NCBI GenBank assembly: GCA_963823335.1
Contig: CAWGLD010000001.1
Span: 480,001-544,000, forward strand
Reading direction: 5' to 3'
DNA from: an uncultured delta proteobacterium
GTDB taxonomy: Bacteria > Desulfobacterota > Desulfobacteria > Desulfobacterales > B30-G6
Length of the DNA: 64,000 bases
In this document: piece after piece, positions 1-10,682 of the stretch
How positions within the stretch are numbered: position 1 is the stretch's first letter
Layout of the letters: every line of letters starts with the position of its first letter
The notes under the pieces: model-generated
Told to the model about the DNA's origin: nothing
Databases searched by the model: none
Seen by the model: only the letters and a program-made list of their open reading frames with translations
Program-made: the position numbers and the translations under genes

Positions 1-50
1 AAATTAGATAGATTTTTTGATATCGTTCGCATGGCTTCCTCCCTATTATT

Positions 51-1322
51 TTATGAATCTTTATTTGAAGTTACGGCAGTTTTTGGCTCTCGGCTGAACC
101 AATACAGGATCAAGGCAATCAGAATAGCAAAAAAGCAGACACTGAAACCCATCTGGAAATCTCCCCCTGAAATGGTATCGGCAGGTCTGCCATGATCCAG
201 GATATGCCCCAGGGCATGCAGAAAAATGCCACCGCCAATAGCTGAAAACAGGTTGACACCGGTAAATGAGACACCTGTCATTTCCGGCGGCATCATGGTC
301 TTGATATGGGCGAAAAGAAGACTGGCAAACGGGGCAAAAAAACCCAGAATAAACAGAACCATGGCCAGCAGCAACAGATGAACAGGCCCCGGCCAGAGCA
401 CCAGCAGAAGAATGGCCGACGCCAGGAAACACAAGCTGATGAGGCCGGTTCGCCGGGCAGACCTCAAAACTCGATCCGCCAGCAAACCGCCTATGGGTGC
501 ACCAACAATAGCACCGATATTCAAAAAAAGCAGCAGATTGCCGGCTTTGAGCACCGGAAGACCCAGATGAAATATCAGGTAGGGCCCCGCCCACAGCGCC
601 TGGATTGCGGTAAATACCCCATCCCGCAATCCCATTGTCAGAGCGATGATCCAGAAATTCAAATTCCCGAAAAGCTTTAGCAATCCTTGCCACTGGAAAG
701 CGTCCTGTTTTTCGGTATGAACGCAGGGAGGAGAAATCTCATCCCTTGGTGTATCATGCACCCATAAGAAAAAGCAGATCACCAGAATAAAGTTGATTGC
801 GGCCAAAACCATGAAACCGCTTCGCCAGCCGATTTCATCCACCAGTAATCGAAAGGGGCTCGTGGCCAACAGACCACCGAGAGAAGCGATAGAAATCGTC
901 ACACCTGTTATGCTTGCAAATTGATGCGGTTTGAACCAGACCGTATAAAGCTTCAGGGATCCCATCATATTAACGGACATGCCCAGACCCAAAAGAATCC
1001 TGGCCATCAACGCGTCATTGATTCCATGAGATCTGGCAAACAACAAGGCCCCCAGTGTGCCCACTATATTCATGCAGATCAGCACCCGCCGTGATCCGAA
1101 TTTATCCAGCAGCAATCCCATGGGTAGTTGCGCAGCCGCAAAGGCATAAAAAAAAACGGACCCCAGGAGGCCCAGGTTTTCAATACTCAGATGGAGATCA
1201 CCCATCAAATCCGGAGAGATGATCACCGTGGATGCGCGAAACAACATGGCCATCATAAAAAGCAAGGAACAATTGATAACCATTAGCCAGCGACTTGCTT
1301 TTGCCGTTCTCATATCATTCAT
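51..1322 (-). CDS. MFS transporter
   Basis: 423 aa, ~12 hydrophobic segments, MFS motif A GLLLDKFGSRR. Confidence 0.9.
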   Translation of the reverse strand: MNDMRTAKASRWLMVINCSLLFMMAMLFRASTVIISPDLMGDLHLSIENLGLLGSVFFYAFAAAQLPMGLLLDKFGSRRVLICMNIVGTLGALLFARSHGINDALMARILLGLGMSVNMMGSLKLYTVWFKPHQFASITGVTISIASLGGLLATSPFRLLVDEIGWRSGFMVLAAINFILVICFFLWVHDTPRDEISPPCVHTEKQDAFQWQGLLKLFGNLNFWIIALTMGLRDGVFTAIQALWAGPYLIFHLGLPVLKAGNLLLFLNIGAIVGAPIGGLLADRVLRSARRTGLISLCFLASAILLLVLWPGPVHLLLLAMVLFILGFFAPFASLLFAHIKTMMPPEMTGVSFTGVNLFSAIGGGIFLHALGHILDHGRPADTISGGDFQMGFSVCFFAILIALILYWFSREPKTAVTSNKDS

Positions 1323-1478
1323 GCTTCACTTGAAAAGTACCCTGCTGATAACCACAGGGAATCTCCCCGGTAAAGAGTTGACTCAAGTTTCTAAATTCAG
1401 CGAATGCGAAATGAATAATCCCCGCGACAGCCGTCGGGGACTGCGTTTGTCATTACCAGTCAACCTCGAAACATCGGC

Positions 1479-2717
1479 TTACGTGTCAGCAGTCAGGTTA
1501 TCGCGAGTGAAAGCGTAAAACCCTGCCGAAATGATCAGGGTGCCAGCACACAGCCAGAAGGCCAGGGGATAGTTTTTAGCCGCATATAGACTGCCGGCAG
1601 TACCCCGTCCGACAAAACCCCCCATTCCATGCATGAAAATGCCGCCACCCATCATGGAAAAAAAATTGGTGATGGCAAAAGCCCGGCCGGACAACTCCGG
1701 TTTTATCAAGGTCTTGATATGGGCGAAGGCAATATGGCCGAATCCGCCGAACATACCAAAAAAAAATAGAAATCCGGCCAGCAGGATGATCCGGTCCGGA
1801 CCATCTTCATTGGCAAGACCCACAAGACACAACACCATAAAAATGAGACCGGCCAGCATGATACGCTTGGGACGCCCTATAATACGATCATTAAAAAAAC
1901 CCGACAGCGGTCCGCCCAGAATGAAACCGATATTGAGTAACAGCAGTAAGTGGGCTGCCAATACAATCGGAACCTTTAAATACAGAATCAAAAATGGTCC
2001 GGCCCACAGTGATTGAACCGCAGCATAGACCCCGTATCGCAAACCAGCCATTACGGAGATGCACACATAGGAAAAATCAGTGAACAACGTCCGGCAGGTT
2101 TCCAAAACCGACAGGCGGTTTTGACTGCCTGGGGCCAATCTCGCGCGGGTTCCTTGGCCGGGATCGTCCTGGACAATATAGTAAAATGCCACGGTAAGAA
2201 TAAACGTAATCAGTGCCAATACAACAAAAACCATCCGCCAGCCTATGACTGCTACAAGGATGTGAAGTGGACTCGTGGCCAGAAGTCCCCCCAAAGCACC
2301 AATACCAAAGGTCAATCCGGCAACGCTGGCAAATTCAGATGGTTTGAACCAGGTAACATATAAGGTCAGGGAGCCTACGATATTAGCGGACATACCTAAG
2401 CCCAGCAGGGACCTACCCAACAAACCTGTTCCACGTCCCTGTGCCGCCGCAAAAATAAGCGCACCCAGCACCGCCGTCATATTCAGGAAAAACATGATAC
2501 GTTTGGGCCGCATCTGGTCGAGGAAAAAACCCAATGGCAGCTGGGCCAACCCAAAAACATAAAAGAAGATGGCACCCAGCAGTCCCAGGTCCTGGGGGCT
2601 GAGGTTTAAATCATGGCTGATCTCAGGTGCGATGAGAACAATGGACGCCCGGTATAGCATTGACATCACGAACAATAGCGAGCACACACTAAATATAAGC
2701 CACCGATTGGTCTTCAT
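1479..2717 (-). CDS. MFS transporter, paralog of 51..1322
   Basis: 412 aa; shares QLP.G..LD, GGLLATSP, WAGP motifs with the neighbour. Confidence 0.9.
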   Translation of the reverse strand: MKTNRWLIFSVCSLLFVMSMLYRASIVLIAPEISHDLNLSPQDLGLLGAIFFYVFGLAQLPLGFFLDQMRPKRIMFFLNMTAVLGALIFAAAQGRGTGLLGRSLLGLGMSANIVGSLTLYVTWFKPSEFASVAGLTFGIGALGGLLATSPLHILVAVIGWRMVFVVLALITFILTVAFYYIVQDDPGQGTRARLAPGSQNRLSVLETCRTLFTDFSYVCISVMAGLRYGVYAAVQSLWAGPFLILYLKVPIVLAAHLLLLLNIGFILGGPLSGFFNDRIIGRPKRIMLAGLIFMVLCLVGLANEDGPDRIILLAGFLFFFGMFGGFGHIAFAHIKTLIKPELSGRAFAITNFFSMMGGGIFMHGMGGFVGRGTAGSLYAAKNYPLAFWLCAGTLIISAGFYAFTRDNLTADT

Positions 2718-2798
2718 TGTCTGGTATGATCTGAAGGGTGCTTGTGGACTTTCAATACTGCCGCACGCCCTGTGTGCCGGCAGCCTACATAGGAAGAA

Positions 2799-4001
2799 TC
2801 ATGTCATCCGCTCAAGAATGGTCGCCAGCCCCTGTCCACCACCGATGCACAACGTGGCCAGGCCGTACGTCCCCTTGCAGCGCTCTAGTTGGTTGGTGAT
2901 TGTAAGCGCCAGCCGGGCACCGGTCATTCCGTTGGGATGCCCCAATGCAATCGCTCCGCCATTCGGGTTCAGCCGTTCATCATCCGGGGCAATATGATGC
3001 TTCTGTCTGTCCAATTCACGAATATCCGCCAAGACCTGGGCAGCAAATGCCTCATTAATTTCAACCACACTCATGTCGTCCATTTTCAGGCCGGCTTGAT
3101 CCAGGGCTTTTGGTACGGCATAGGCCGGGCCAATGCCCATCAACTTGGGATCGACACCCACCGTTGCACAGGTTACAAAACGGGCCTTAGGTTTGTAGCC
3201 CAGTTCTTCAGCCTTTTGAAGAGACATAAGCAAAAGAGCTGCAGCACCGTCATTTCGACCCGTGGCGGTTCCCGCTGTTACGGTACCGTCTTTCTTAAAG
3301 GCTGGTTTTAAATTTGACAACTTTTCCAGAGTGGTATTCCGCGGGTGTTCATCGACCATAAAGTCAACGGGCGGTCCTTTTCGTTGAGGGCTTTTGACCG
3401 CAACTATTTCCTCTTCGAAAACCCCTGCCTGCATCGCCCGAGCATATCTTGTCTGGCTTTGAAACCCAAAGGCATCCTGTTCCTGACGCGTGATGTCATA
3501 CATCTCGGCCAGGGACTCAGCCGTGAGTCCCATAACCACATGATCCGGAGGGGGTGCTGTTTCGCGGGAAATGATTTGAGGCGGCTTAAACGAGTAGGCA
3601 CCATCCGAACGTGCAATCATCCAAGGCGTCTGACTCCAGCATTCCATCCCACCGACAACAAAAATTTCTCCAAAACCAGCCATTATTTGGATAGCGGCAA
3701 AATTCAGGGCCTGAAGTCCGGATGCACAAGCCCTCTCCACCGTTACCGCTGGAACGCTATAAGGCAGACCAGCCTTGAGTGCTGCCCATCGGGCAGGATG
3801 GTAGGCCGTATGCCATGAATTTGAGAGCCCCATCAACACGTCGTCGATTTTCTCTGGATCAACTTTCGTCTTATCGATTAATGCTTTAATGGCAAATGCA
3901 CCCAGTTCCTCTGGCCGAAAGGTCGCCAGACTCCCCCCCATTCTACCGATCGGTGTGCGTACGCCATCGACGATCACAGCCATATTTTTCTGATTGCCCA
4001 T
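2799..4001 (-). CDS. Thiolase (acetyl-CoA C-acyltransferase)
   Basis: RACASG, NEAFA, GHPNG, CIGGGQG catalytic motifs. Confidence 0.95.
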   Translation of the reverse strand: MGNQKNMAVIVDGVRTPIGRMGGSLATFRPEELGAFAIKALIDKTKVDPEKIDDVLMGLSNSWHTAYHPARWAALKAGLPYSVPAVTVERACASGLQALNFAAIQIMAGFGEIFVVGGMECWSQTPWMIARSDGAYSFKPPQIISRETAPPPDHVVMGLTAESLAEMYDITRQEQDAFGFQSQTRYARAMQAGVFEEEIVAVKSPQRKGPPVDFMVDEHPRNTTLEKLSNLKPAFKKDGTVTAGTATGRNDGAAALLLMSLQKAEELGYKPKARFVTCATVGVDPKLMGIGPAYAVPKALDQAGLKMDDMSVVEINEAFAAQVLADIRELDRQKHHIAPDDERLNPNGGAIALGHPNGMTGARLALTITNQLERCKGTYGLATLCIGGGQGLATILERMT

Positions 4002-4004
4002 ATA

Positions 4005-4772
4005 TTACCGTCCTTTCCAATTGGGTTTGCGTTTTTCCAAAAAGGCCTTGGCACCTTCCTGACAGTCATCTGTATTGCGGATGATCGTGGCCATTTCGCA
4101 AAGGTACTCCAGGGCCTGGGGGTATGGCAAGTCACTGGATACCCGGATGGAATCAAGCCCCAGACCAAAAACGGAACTACTTTTCTCAGACAATGTAGCC
4201 GCTATATTGGCAACCGTCTCATCCAGAGCCTCCGGTGCAACAACAGTGTTGACCAGACCCATCTCCAGCGCTTCCTGCGCATCGAGGATCTCTCCCAGGA
4301 GAATCATTTTCATGGCCGCCTTTTTGGGAATTGCGCGTAAAATACCGGCCATGACCATGTTGGGAAAAGCACCTACGTTGATTTCCGGGGTTCCGAAACG
4401 GGCCGTGGTAGAAGCGACGGCCAGATGTGACAAGGTCACCAGGGCCATACCACCTGCCACGGCAGCGCCATTGATCTTTGCAACCACCGGCTTCTGCGTC
4501 TCGTATAACGCCATGCAGAGATCCCGGTAGGAGGCGTTCTGCTTCCGCTGGTTCACGATGCCTGGCCGATCGAATTCTCCAAGATCGGCCCCGGCACAAA
4601 AAGCTTTCTGCCCGCTCCCGGTAATAACGATCACACGTATATCCGTGTCTGCATTCAACTCTCTTAAAGAGAATGTCAGATCCGCCATGGCCTGAATACT
4701 CAGGCGATTACGCTTTTCTGGGTTGTTCAGGGTAATTGTGGCGACCGCATCCTGCCGATATACTTCTATCAT
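4005..4772 (-). CDS. Crotonase-family hydratase, LiuC/AtuE-like
   Basis: FCAGADL, AGGMAL (first Glu absent), TPEINVG; adjacent to a biotin carboxylase set. Confidence 0.85.
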   Translation of the reverse strand: MIEVYRQDAVATITLNNPEKRNRLSIQAMADLTFSLRELNADTDIRVIVITGSGQKAFCAGADLGEFDRPGIVNQRKQNASYRDLCMALYETQKPVVAKINGAAVAGGMALVTLSHLAVASTTARFGTPEINVGAFPNMVMAGILRAIPKKAAMKMILLGEILDAQEALEMGLVNTVVAPEALDETVANIAATLSEKSSSVFGLGLDSIRVSSDLPYPQALEYLCEMATIIRNTDDCQEGAKAFLEKRKPNWKGR

Positions 4773-4902
4773 GATATTCTCCAGGCTGATGGGTTATTTC
4801 AGCAAAATCACGTTCATCTATGGTTTCCCTATCCGGTCTCCAAAAAAAATGGGAAAACGAACTATATGATTCCAAGAAAATAGCCTGTTGATAAATTTGT
4901 GG

Positions 4903-5670
4903 TTAAGATGTGTAGTTCGCCTGCCCGCCATCGATACAAATTATTTCACCGGTCATGTAGTCGCAAGCCTCACTCGCGAGATAAACAGATAGGGGGCCTA
5001 TTTCCGGTGGATTCCCAACACGCCCTATCGGTATCCGCTTCAGAACCTGTCTCCTCATATCGGGATTCCCCAAAACAGCTGCCGGCATGTCGGTGTCAAA
5101 GTAACCGGGCGCTATTCCATTGACACGAATACCATATCCGGCCCACTCAAATGCCAGGTTTCGAATCATCTGTGAAAGACCGGCCTTACTGACAACATAC
5201 GCCAAGCAGTAGGGCAGCACACGTTCAGCAAACGCTGAACCAATCAGAATAATACGACCACCGCCATTCTGCTTCATTTTTTTGGCAACTTCGCGGCAGG
5301 TCACATACGCACCTGTAAGATTGGTTTTCAAGACAAGCTCCCAATCCGTAAGTGGTATGTCGAGGGAAGACCCGGTATGCATCATCCCGGAACAGTAAAA
5401 AAGAATATCGATACGGCCAAATATCTCGACAGTTCTGTTGACGAGAGCAAGCACCTGTCGCTCCTGGGTAACATCGGTGGGTATCCCGATGGATTGTCTG
5501 CCCAAGTCATTGACGGCATCGACAGTTTCTTGCAATTTCAAGGAATTTCTGGCGGCACATGCAACATCTGCGCCTGCTCTGGCAAGACTGAGAGCGACTT
5601 CTCGCCCCAAACCCTGGCTGGCACCCACCACCAGGGCTGTTTTATTTTCAAGGCCGAACCAATCAACCAA
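4903..5670 (-). CDS. SDR family oxidoreductase
   Basis: GASQGLG, YVVSK, IRVNGIAPG; TTG start uncertain. Confidence 0.9.
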   Translation of the reverse strand: MVDWFGLENKTALVVGASQGLGREVALSLARAGADVACAARNSLKLQETVDAVNDLGRQSIGIPTDVTQERQVLALVNRTVEIFGRIDILFYCSGMMHTGSSLDIPLTDWELVLKTNLTGAYVTCREVAKKMKQNGGGRIILIGSAFAERVLPYCLAYVVSKAGLSQMIRNLAFEWAGYGIRVNGIAPGYFDTDMPAAVLGNPDMRRQVLKRIPIGRVGNPPEIGPLSVYLASEACDYMTGEIICIDGGQANYTS

Positions 5671-5690
5671 TGATTGCAGGCTGTCGTTTT

Positions 5691-7061
5691 TCAGAAACCG
5701 TCCTCCTGATTTTCCAAAAGATCCAGGATTTGTTGAACCAGATCGAGGTCGTATTCACCACTCACGAATTTATCATGCTGAATAACCTGCAGCAGAAATG
5801 GTTTTGTTGTTTTGACCGGTTCGATGGTTAATTCTAGCAGTGCCCGCTGCATGATACGAATGGCTTCGCCTCGCGTGCTGCCCCATGCGATCAGTTTACC
5901 CAACAACGAGTCGTAGTAAATCGGAATTTCATACCCTGAATACAGGTGCGTATCCAATCTCACACCAAATCCCCCTGGTGACCGAAACGTTTCGATGGTT
6001 CCCGGAGATGGCACAAAATCCATGGAGGGGTCTTCGGCATTGATACGGCATTCAATGGCATGACCCTGCTGCTGGATATCTGCCTGCTTAAATCCGATCC
6101 CGTTGCCCATGGCGATGGATAGCTGGGCCTTGACGAGATCCCGTCCTGTAATCATTTCCGTTACAGGATGCTCCACCTGGATGCGTGCGTTGAGCTCCAT
6201 GAAATAAAACTGATTGTCCGCATCAAGCAAAAATTCAACGGTTCCGGCATTTCTATACCCGATGGCCTTGGCAATCTTTACGGCACTTGCGTGGATGGCT
6301 TGTCTTACCTCGGGTAACAGATTCGGGGATGGTGCTTCCTCAATCAACTTCTGGTGTCGCCGCTGAACAGAGCAATTGCGTTCAAACAGATGGACGGCAT
6401 CACCTTCTCCATCGGAAAGAATCTGTACTTCGATGTGCCGGGGCCGCAGGATATATTTCTCCACATACATCGTCGGATCACCAAAGGCTGCCCGGGCTTC
6501 GGCTGCAGCCATGGCAAAGTCCTCCTTCAGATCCTGCTCATCTTTCAGAATGCGCATGCCGCGCCCGCCACCTCCGGCAGAAGCCTTCAGCATCAACGGA
6601 TAACCAATAGCGGCACAGGTCTCGATGGTCTCTTCAAGAGATGAAAATCCCTGGTCACTACCGGGCACAACAGGCACACCCGCAGCCGCAACTGTCTGCC
6701 GGGCCATCAGCTTGTCTCCGGCAAGCCGCATGTTTTCCGGCGTCGGACCGATGAAGGCTATTCCCGACTTTTCGCACAGCTCTGCAAACTCGCCATTTTC
6801 TGCAAGAAAGCCATATCCCGGGTGAATGGCGTCAGCACCAATCTCTTTGGCAAGCTCTACAATCCGGGCGGCATTCAAATAGCTTTTGGCGGCAGGCGGG
6901 GGTCCGATGAGGTGAGCTTCATCAGCCAATTCCTTATGGATACAGTCCGAGTCTGCCTCAGAATATATGGCAGCCGAGCAGATACCCAGCTCCTTGAGGC
7001 TTCGAATGATCCGCAGGGCAATTTCACCACGGTTGGCCACCAGGACCTTAGAAAACGACAT
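5691..7061 (-). CDS. accC: Biotin carboxylase subunit
   Basis: ANRGEIA, HPGYGFLAEN, GGGGRGMR, RIQVEHPVTE. Confidence 0.95.
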   Translation of the reverse strand: MSFSKVLVANRGEIALRIIRSLKELGICSAAIYSEADSDCIHKELADEAHLIGPPPAAKSYLNAARIVELAKEIGADAIHPGYGFLAENGEFAELCEKSGIAFIGPTPENMRLAGDKLMARQTVAAAGVPVVPGSDQGFSSLEETIETCAAIGYPLMLKASAGGGGRGMRILKDEQDLKEDFAMAAAEARAAFGDPTMYVEKYILRPRHIEVQILSDGEGDAVHLFERNCSVQRRHQKLIEEAPSPNLLPEVRQAIHASAVKIAKAIGYRNAGTVEFLLDADNQFYFMELNARIQVEHPVTEMITGRDLVKAQLSIAMGNGIGFKQADIQQQGHAIECRINAEDPSMDFVPSPGTIETFRSPGGFGVRLDTHLYSGYEIPIYYDSLLGKLIAWGSTRGEAIRIMQRALLELTIEPVKTTKPFLLQVIQHDKFVSGEYDLDLVQQILDLLENQEDGF

Positions 7062-7072
7062 AAGCGAAATCC

Positions 7073-7321
7073 TTAGGATTGAATCTTCATTATAACTTGA
7101 TTTTTCCCAACGGTATCTTCATCACCGATATGAATTTCAGCTACCGTTCCGTCAACGGGAGACTTCACTTTGGTAAAAACCTTCATGGTCTCCAACAAAC
7201 AAAGTGTTGCCCCCTTTTTGACCTGGCTGCCCTCTTCGACAAAGAATGGTTGATCCGGAGCTGGTTTTCGATACAAAACACCCGATAGGGGAGACATCAC
7301 GGAAATCAAATTTTCAGACAT
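7073..7321 (-). CDS. Biotin carboxyl carrier protein
   Basis: 82 aa, ETMK biotinylation motif. Confidence 0.9.
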   Translation of the reverse strand: MSENLISVMSPLSGVLYRKPAPDQPFFVEEGSQVKKGATLCLLETMKVFTKVKSPVDGTVAEIHIGDEDTVGKNQVIMKIQS

Positions 7322-7344
7322 TGATCACCTCATGTAGCGGAGTA

Positions 7345-8916
7345 TTAAACCGGTGGGTTTCCATGTTTCCGATCCGGTAGTTCGACGTTCTTTTCCCAAG
7401 CCATTTCAAATGCACGTATCAAAATCTGTCTGGTATCCCGAGGATCGATAATATCGTCGATGAAATCATAGCGGTAATTTTCCGCCAAGCGAAATGGATT
7501 GATGTACTGATCATGATATTCTTTTCGTTTTTCTTCCAATACCTTGGCATACTCAGGAGATTGTTCGGCCTTTTTCAGATCTTGCGCCCAAATGATCGAT
7601 GCAGCTGATTCTGGCCCCATGATACTGATCTCAGCCGTAGGCCAAGCAAAACTGAAATCCGCACCCAGGGTTTTTGAACCCATAACAACATTCCCTCCAC
7701 CGTAGGCACGTCGGACAATCAGGGATATTTTTGGCACCGTAGCACAGGCATAGGCATACAGTAGTTTTGCTCCGTGCCGCAGAATACCCTCTTTTTCCCA
7801 TTCATGGCCAACCACAAAAGCCGGGGTGTCCATCATGGTCAGAATCGGAATGTTAAAGGCATCACAAAAAACCATGAAGCGATAATACTTGTCCGAAGAA
7901 TTATTCTCCATCACACCACCCAACTCATCTGGGTTGTTGGCTATCAGACCAACAGGATGGCCATCCAGACGGCAAAAACCCGTGATGATATTCGGAGCAT
8001 ATTCATCTTTGACCTCATAAAAACTGTCCTTGTCGATGATTTTTTCAATCACCTCATGCATATCATAGGTAAAACGCCGGTCGTCCGGCAGAATGTCCAA
8101 TAACGACTCTTCGCGCCTATCTATGGGATCATCACACTGAAGCCGAGGTGCCCGCTCTTTCCAGTTTTGCGGAATATAGCTCAATAGCTTTCTGGCGATT
8201 TCAAGGGCATCTTTGTCGTCTTTAGCCACAAAATCGCATTGCCCGGAATGACGCATACAGAAGTCCGGGCTGCCGATGTCGGCATCAAGCTCTTCCTTTA
8301 CAATTGACTGGGTTAAACGGGGCCCGCCCAGCCACATCCAGGATGTATTTTGAACCATGATCAAAAAATCGGACAGCATCGGGCTATAGCCCTGACCGGC
8401 AGCGCAAGGCCCCATCAAAACCTGTATCTGGGGAATGACACCAGAAAATTTCGACTGGTTCTGAAATATTTCATTGAAGGGTCTTGACAGCGCGGTACCT
8501 TCATGCAGACGCGCACCGGCCGAATCCAGCAGACCGATGATGGGCACCATCATCTTGCCTGCCAGCCCAATGATATCGGCAATTTTCTTTGAGTGACTTT
8601 CACCGGCTGACCCTGCCAGCACGGTAAAATCAGTGGAATAGACACATACCTTCCGCCCCTTGATCTTACCTGTGCCGATAACAACACCATCGGCCGGCGT
8701 CGGTCGGTCCTTCATCTCGAAGTCTTTGATCTGGGAACGAACAAACATTCCCAGCTCTGTAAAAGAGCCTGGATCAAAAAGGTAGTCTATTCGCTCCCGG
8801 GCGGTCATTTTGCCACGCCCATGTTGTTTGGCCACTTTTTCCGGGCCACCCATTTCGAGAATCTCGGCCTTGCGTTGCTCCATCTCTGCAAGGAGCTTAT
8901 CCATCATTTTGCCCAT
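7345..8916 (-). CDS. Acyl-CoA carboxylase carboxyltransferase subunit
   Basis: TARERI, DSAGARL, GPCAAG, RAYGGG, KHGNPP. Confidence 0.93.
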   Translation of the reverse strand: MGKMMDKLLAEMEQRKAEILEMGGPEKVAKQHGRGKMTARERIDYLFDPGSFTELGMFVRSQIKDFEMKDRPTPADGVVIGTGKIKGRKVCVYSTDFTVLAGSAGESHSKKIADIIGLAGKMMVPIIGLLDSAGARLHEGTALSRPFNEIFQNQSKFSGVIPQIQVLMGPCAAGQGYSPMLSDFLIMVQNTSWMWLGGPRLTQSIVKEELDADIGSPDFCMRHSGQCDFVAKDDKDALEIARKLLSYIPQNWKERAPRLQCDDPIDRREESLLDILPDDRRFTYDMHEVIEKIIDKDSFYEVKDEYAPNIITGFCRLDGHPVGLIANNPDELGGVMENNSSDKYYRFMVFCDAFNIPILTMMDTPAFVVGHEWEKEGILRHGAKLLYAYACATVPKISLIVRRAYGGGNVVMGSKTLGADFSFAWPTAEISIMGPESAASIIWAQDLKKAEQSPEYAKVLEEKRKEYHDQYINPFRLAENYRYDFIDDIIDPRDTRQILIRAFEMAWEKNVELPDRKHGNPPV

Positions 8917-8954
8917 AACAATATCCTGGTCATAAAGGTAGATGTTTATGAGGT

Positions 8955-9275
8955 CTACTCGTCTGCCTCAAACTCCATTCGCAGCATGTTAGGTCCGTAT
9001 GCCTTACCGGTTTGATCCATACATAACGTCCTGGTAGCACCGCCTCCCAAAGCGTTGTGCATGACAAACTCAAGGGAGTTCAGGGTGTCGATATTATAAC
9101 GCAGCACCTTGCCCTTGACGATGGGGCTGAAAAAAGCTTTCACCTTATCGGCGGTAAGATATTTTTTTAAAATCCGGTACGCTTCGTCATCCTTGGCCAT
9201 CACACCGATATCGACGATATCACCTTTGTCACCGGAACGGGCATATGCCAGATCTTTGAGTTTAAACGTTGTCAT
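8955..9275 (-). CDS. AtuA-related small protein (stand-alone C-terminal domain)
   Basis: ARSGDKGD, ALGGG, DQTGK motifs; follows atuA-like gene. Confidence 0.85.
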   Translation of the reverse strand: MTTFKLKDLAYARSGDKGDIVDIGVMAKDDEAYRILKKYLTADKVKAFFSPIVKGKVLRYNIDTLNSLEFVMHNALGGGATRTLCMDQTGKAYGPNMLRMEFEADE

Positions 9276-9280
9276 AGTGA

Positions 9281-10645
9281 TTAACCCTCCATCATCTCTA
9301 CTTTAGTGGGAACCAATTCCCTGGGAACCAGTGTCGGCCACAGCCCAATCACTTTACGCGGTGGTGGCGGTGAAATGACAGCCGTGGTCCCCACCGGTCC
9401 ATGCGTCCAAAGATGGGTTACTTCCCGGCGTACCTGATTGGCATCCTCACGCGTCCTGGTCTTGGCAGCCACCCTTACGCGGATTTCATTGATATCTTCC
9501 AGATTCTCTGTCATTTTAGACAAAGGCCCGTGAATCGAGTTCATACCGATGAAGTCAAACCGGACATCATCAATGGTCAGATTCCGTGCTTTGAAACGTC
9601 CCCGCAGAAACGCCTCGCAAAATTTGGCTTTTTCGTAAGCATCAGGCCAGCAAACACTGATTTCACTTTCGCCGATCCATCCATCTTCATATCCGATGGT
9701 CATTTTCAGCATATCGGGACGCTTCTTGCCACCGATACCGGTAACTTCAACCTCATCCTTTCCGATGTCTTTGACACGAATTTTTGAAAAGTCGCCGATG
9801 GCATCCGGCATAAAATAATTTTCAGGGTCATGGACCTCATAAACGAGATGCTCCTTGACCGTCCACTCATTGACCATGCGTCCGGCACCTTTGGCCTTGG
9901 TGATAATAGTGCGTCCGTCCTCATAAACCTCGGCAATCGGAAAAGCCACTCGCCAGGGCTCCTTGATTTCTTTCCAGAAATTAGACATACCCCCGGCGCA
10001 ACCAGCGCTGCACTCAATGATGTGGCCGACAGTCACAGCCGTTCCCATCTTATGCCAGTCATCCATCTTCCACCCAAGTTCGTGAACCATGGGTGCGACG
10101 TACATGGCATTGTCGGAAGCACGCCCTGTAATAATGAGATCTGCGCCCTTTTCCAGACCCTCCACCAGAGACTCGGAACCGATATAAACGTGGGCGGCGA
10201 CAATTTTATCGGCAATGCGGTCAATGTCCTCCTCCCCCGTATCCAGGTTTACAAACTTAAGTCCCTGTTTCCTGAAGTCATCCAGGCGTGAACCAACGTC
10301 ATCGCCACTCACAACACCGATTTTCATCCCGTCGATGCCAAGTTCTTTGGAAAGCGCCATCACATCGCTGCCAGCCTGTTCTGGATTGGCACCGCCGGCA
10401 TTGGTGAGCATCCTGACACCCTTTTCCTTGGCAATTGGCAATAAGGCCCGCATCCATGGAAGCAGATCGGGGATATAGCCACGTTTAGGGTTTTTGTCTT
10501 TCATCCGCTGAAGGATAGACATGGTTAACTCTGCCAAATGATCGAACCCCATGTAATCCAATTCGCCCTTTTCCATCAGTTCGACTGCTGGATCAAGCAT
10601 GTCTCCCCATGAAGCGGAGCCACAACCCATTCGAATCTTTTTCAT
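9281..10645 (-). CDS. atuA: Acyclic terpene utilization AtuA family (DUF1446) protein
   Basis: SWGD, DHLAELTM, NAGGANP, GHIIECS, EHLVYEVHDP; start placed at ATG 10645 after GGAGG. Confidence 0.88.
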   Translation of the reverse strand: MKKIRMGCGSASWGDMLDPAVELMEKGELDYMGFDHLAELTMSILQRMKDKNPKRGYIPDLLPWMRALLPIAKEKGVRMLTNAGGANPEQAGSDVMALSKELGIDGMKIGVVSGDDVGSRLDDFRKQGLKFVNLDTGEEDIDRIADKIVAAHVYIGSESLVEGLEKGADLIITGRASDNAMYVAPMVHELGWKMDDWHKMGTAVTVGHIIECSAGCAGGMSNFWKEIKEPWRVAFPIAEVYEDGRTIITKAKGAGRMVNEWTVKEHLVYEVHDPENYFMPDAIGDFSKIRVKDIGKDEVEVTGIGGKKRPDMLKMTIGYEDGWIGESEISVCWPDAYEKAKFCEAFLRGRFKARNLTIDDVRFDFIGMNSIHGPLSKMTENLEDINEIRVRVAAKTRTREDANQVRREVTHLWTHGPVGTTAVISPPPPRKVIGLWPTLVPRELVPTKVEMMEG

Positions 10646-10682
10646 ATTATTGACCTCCCTCTGTTTTTTCTGAAAGAAATAA

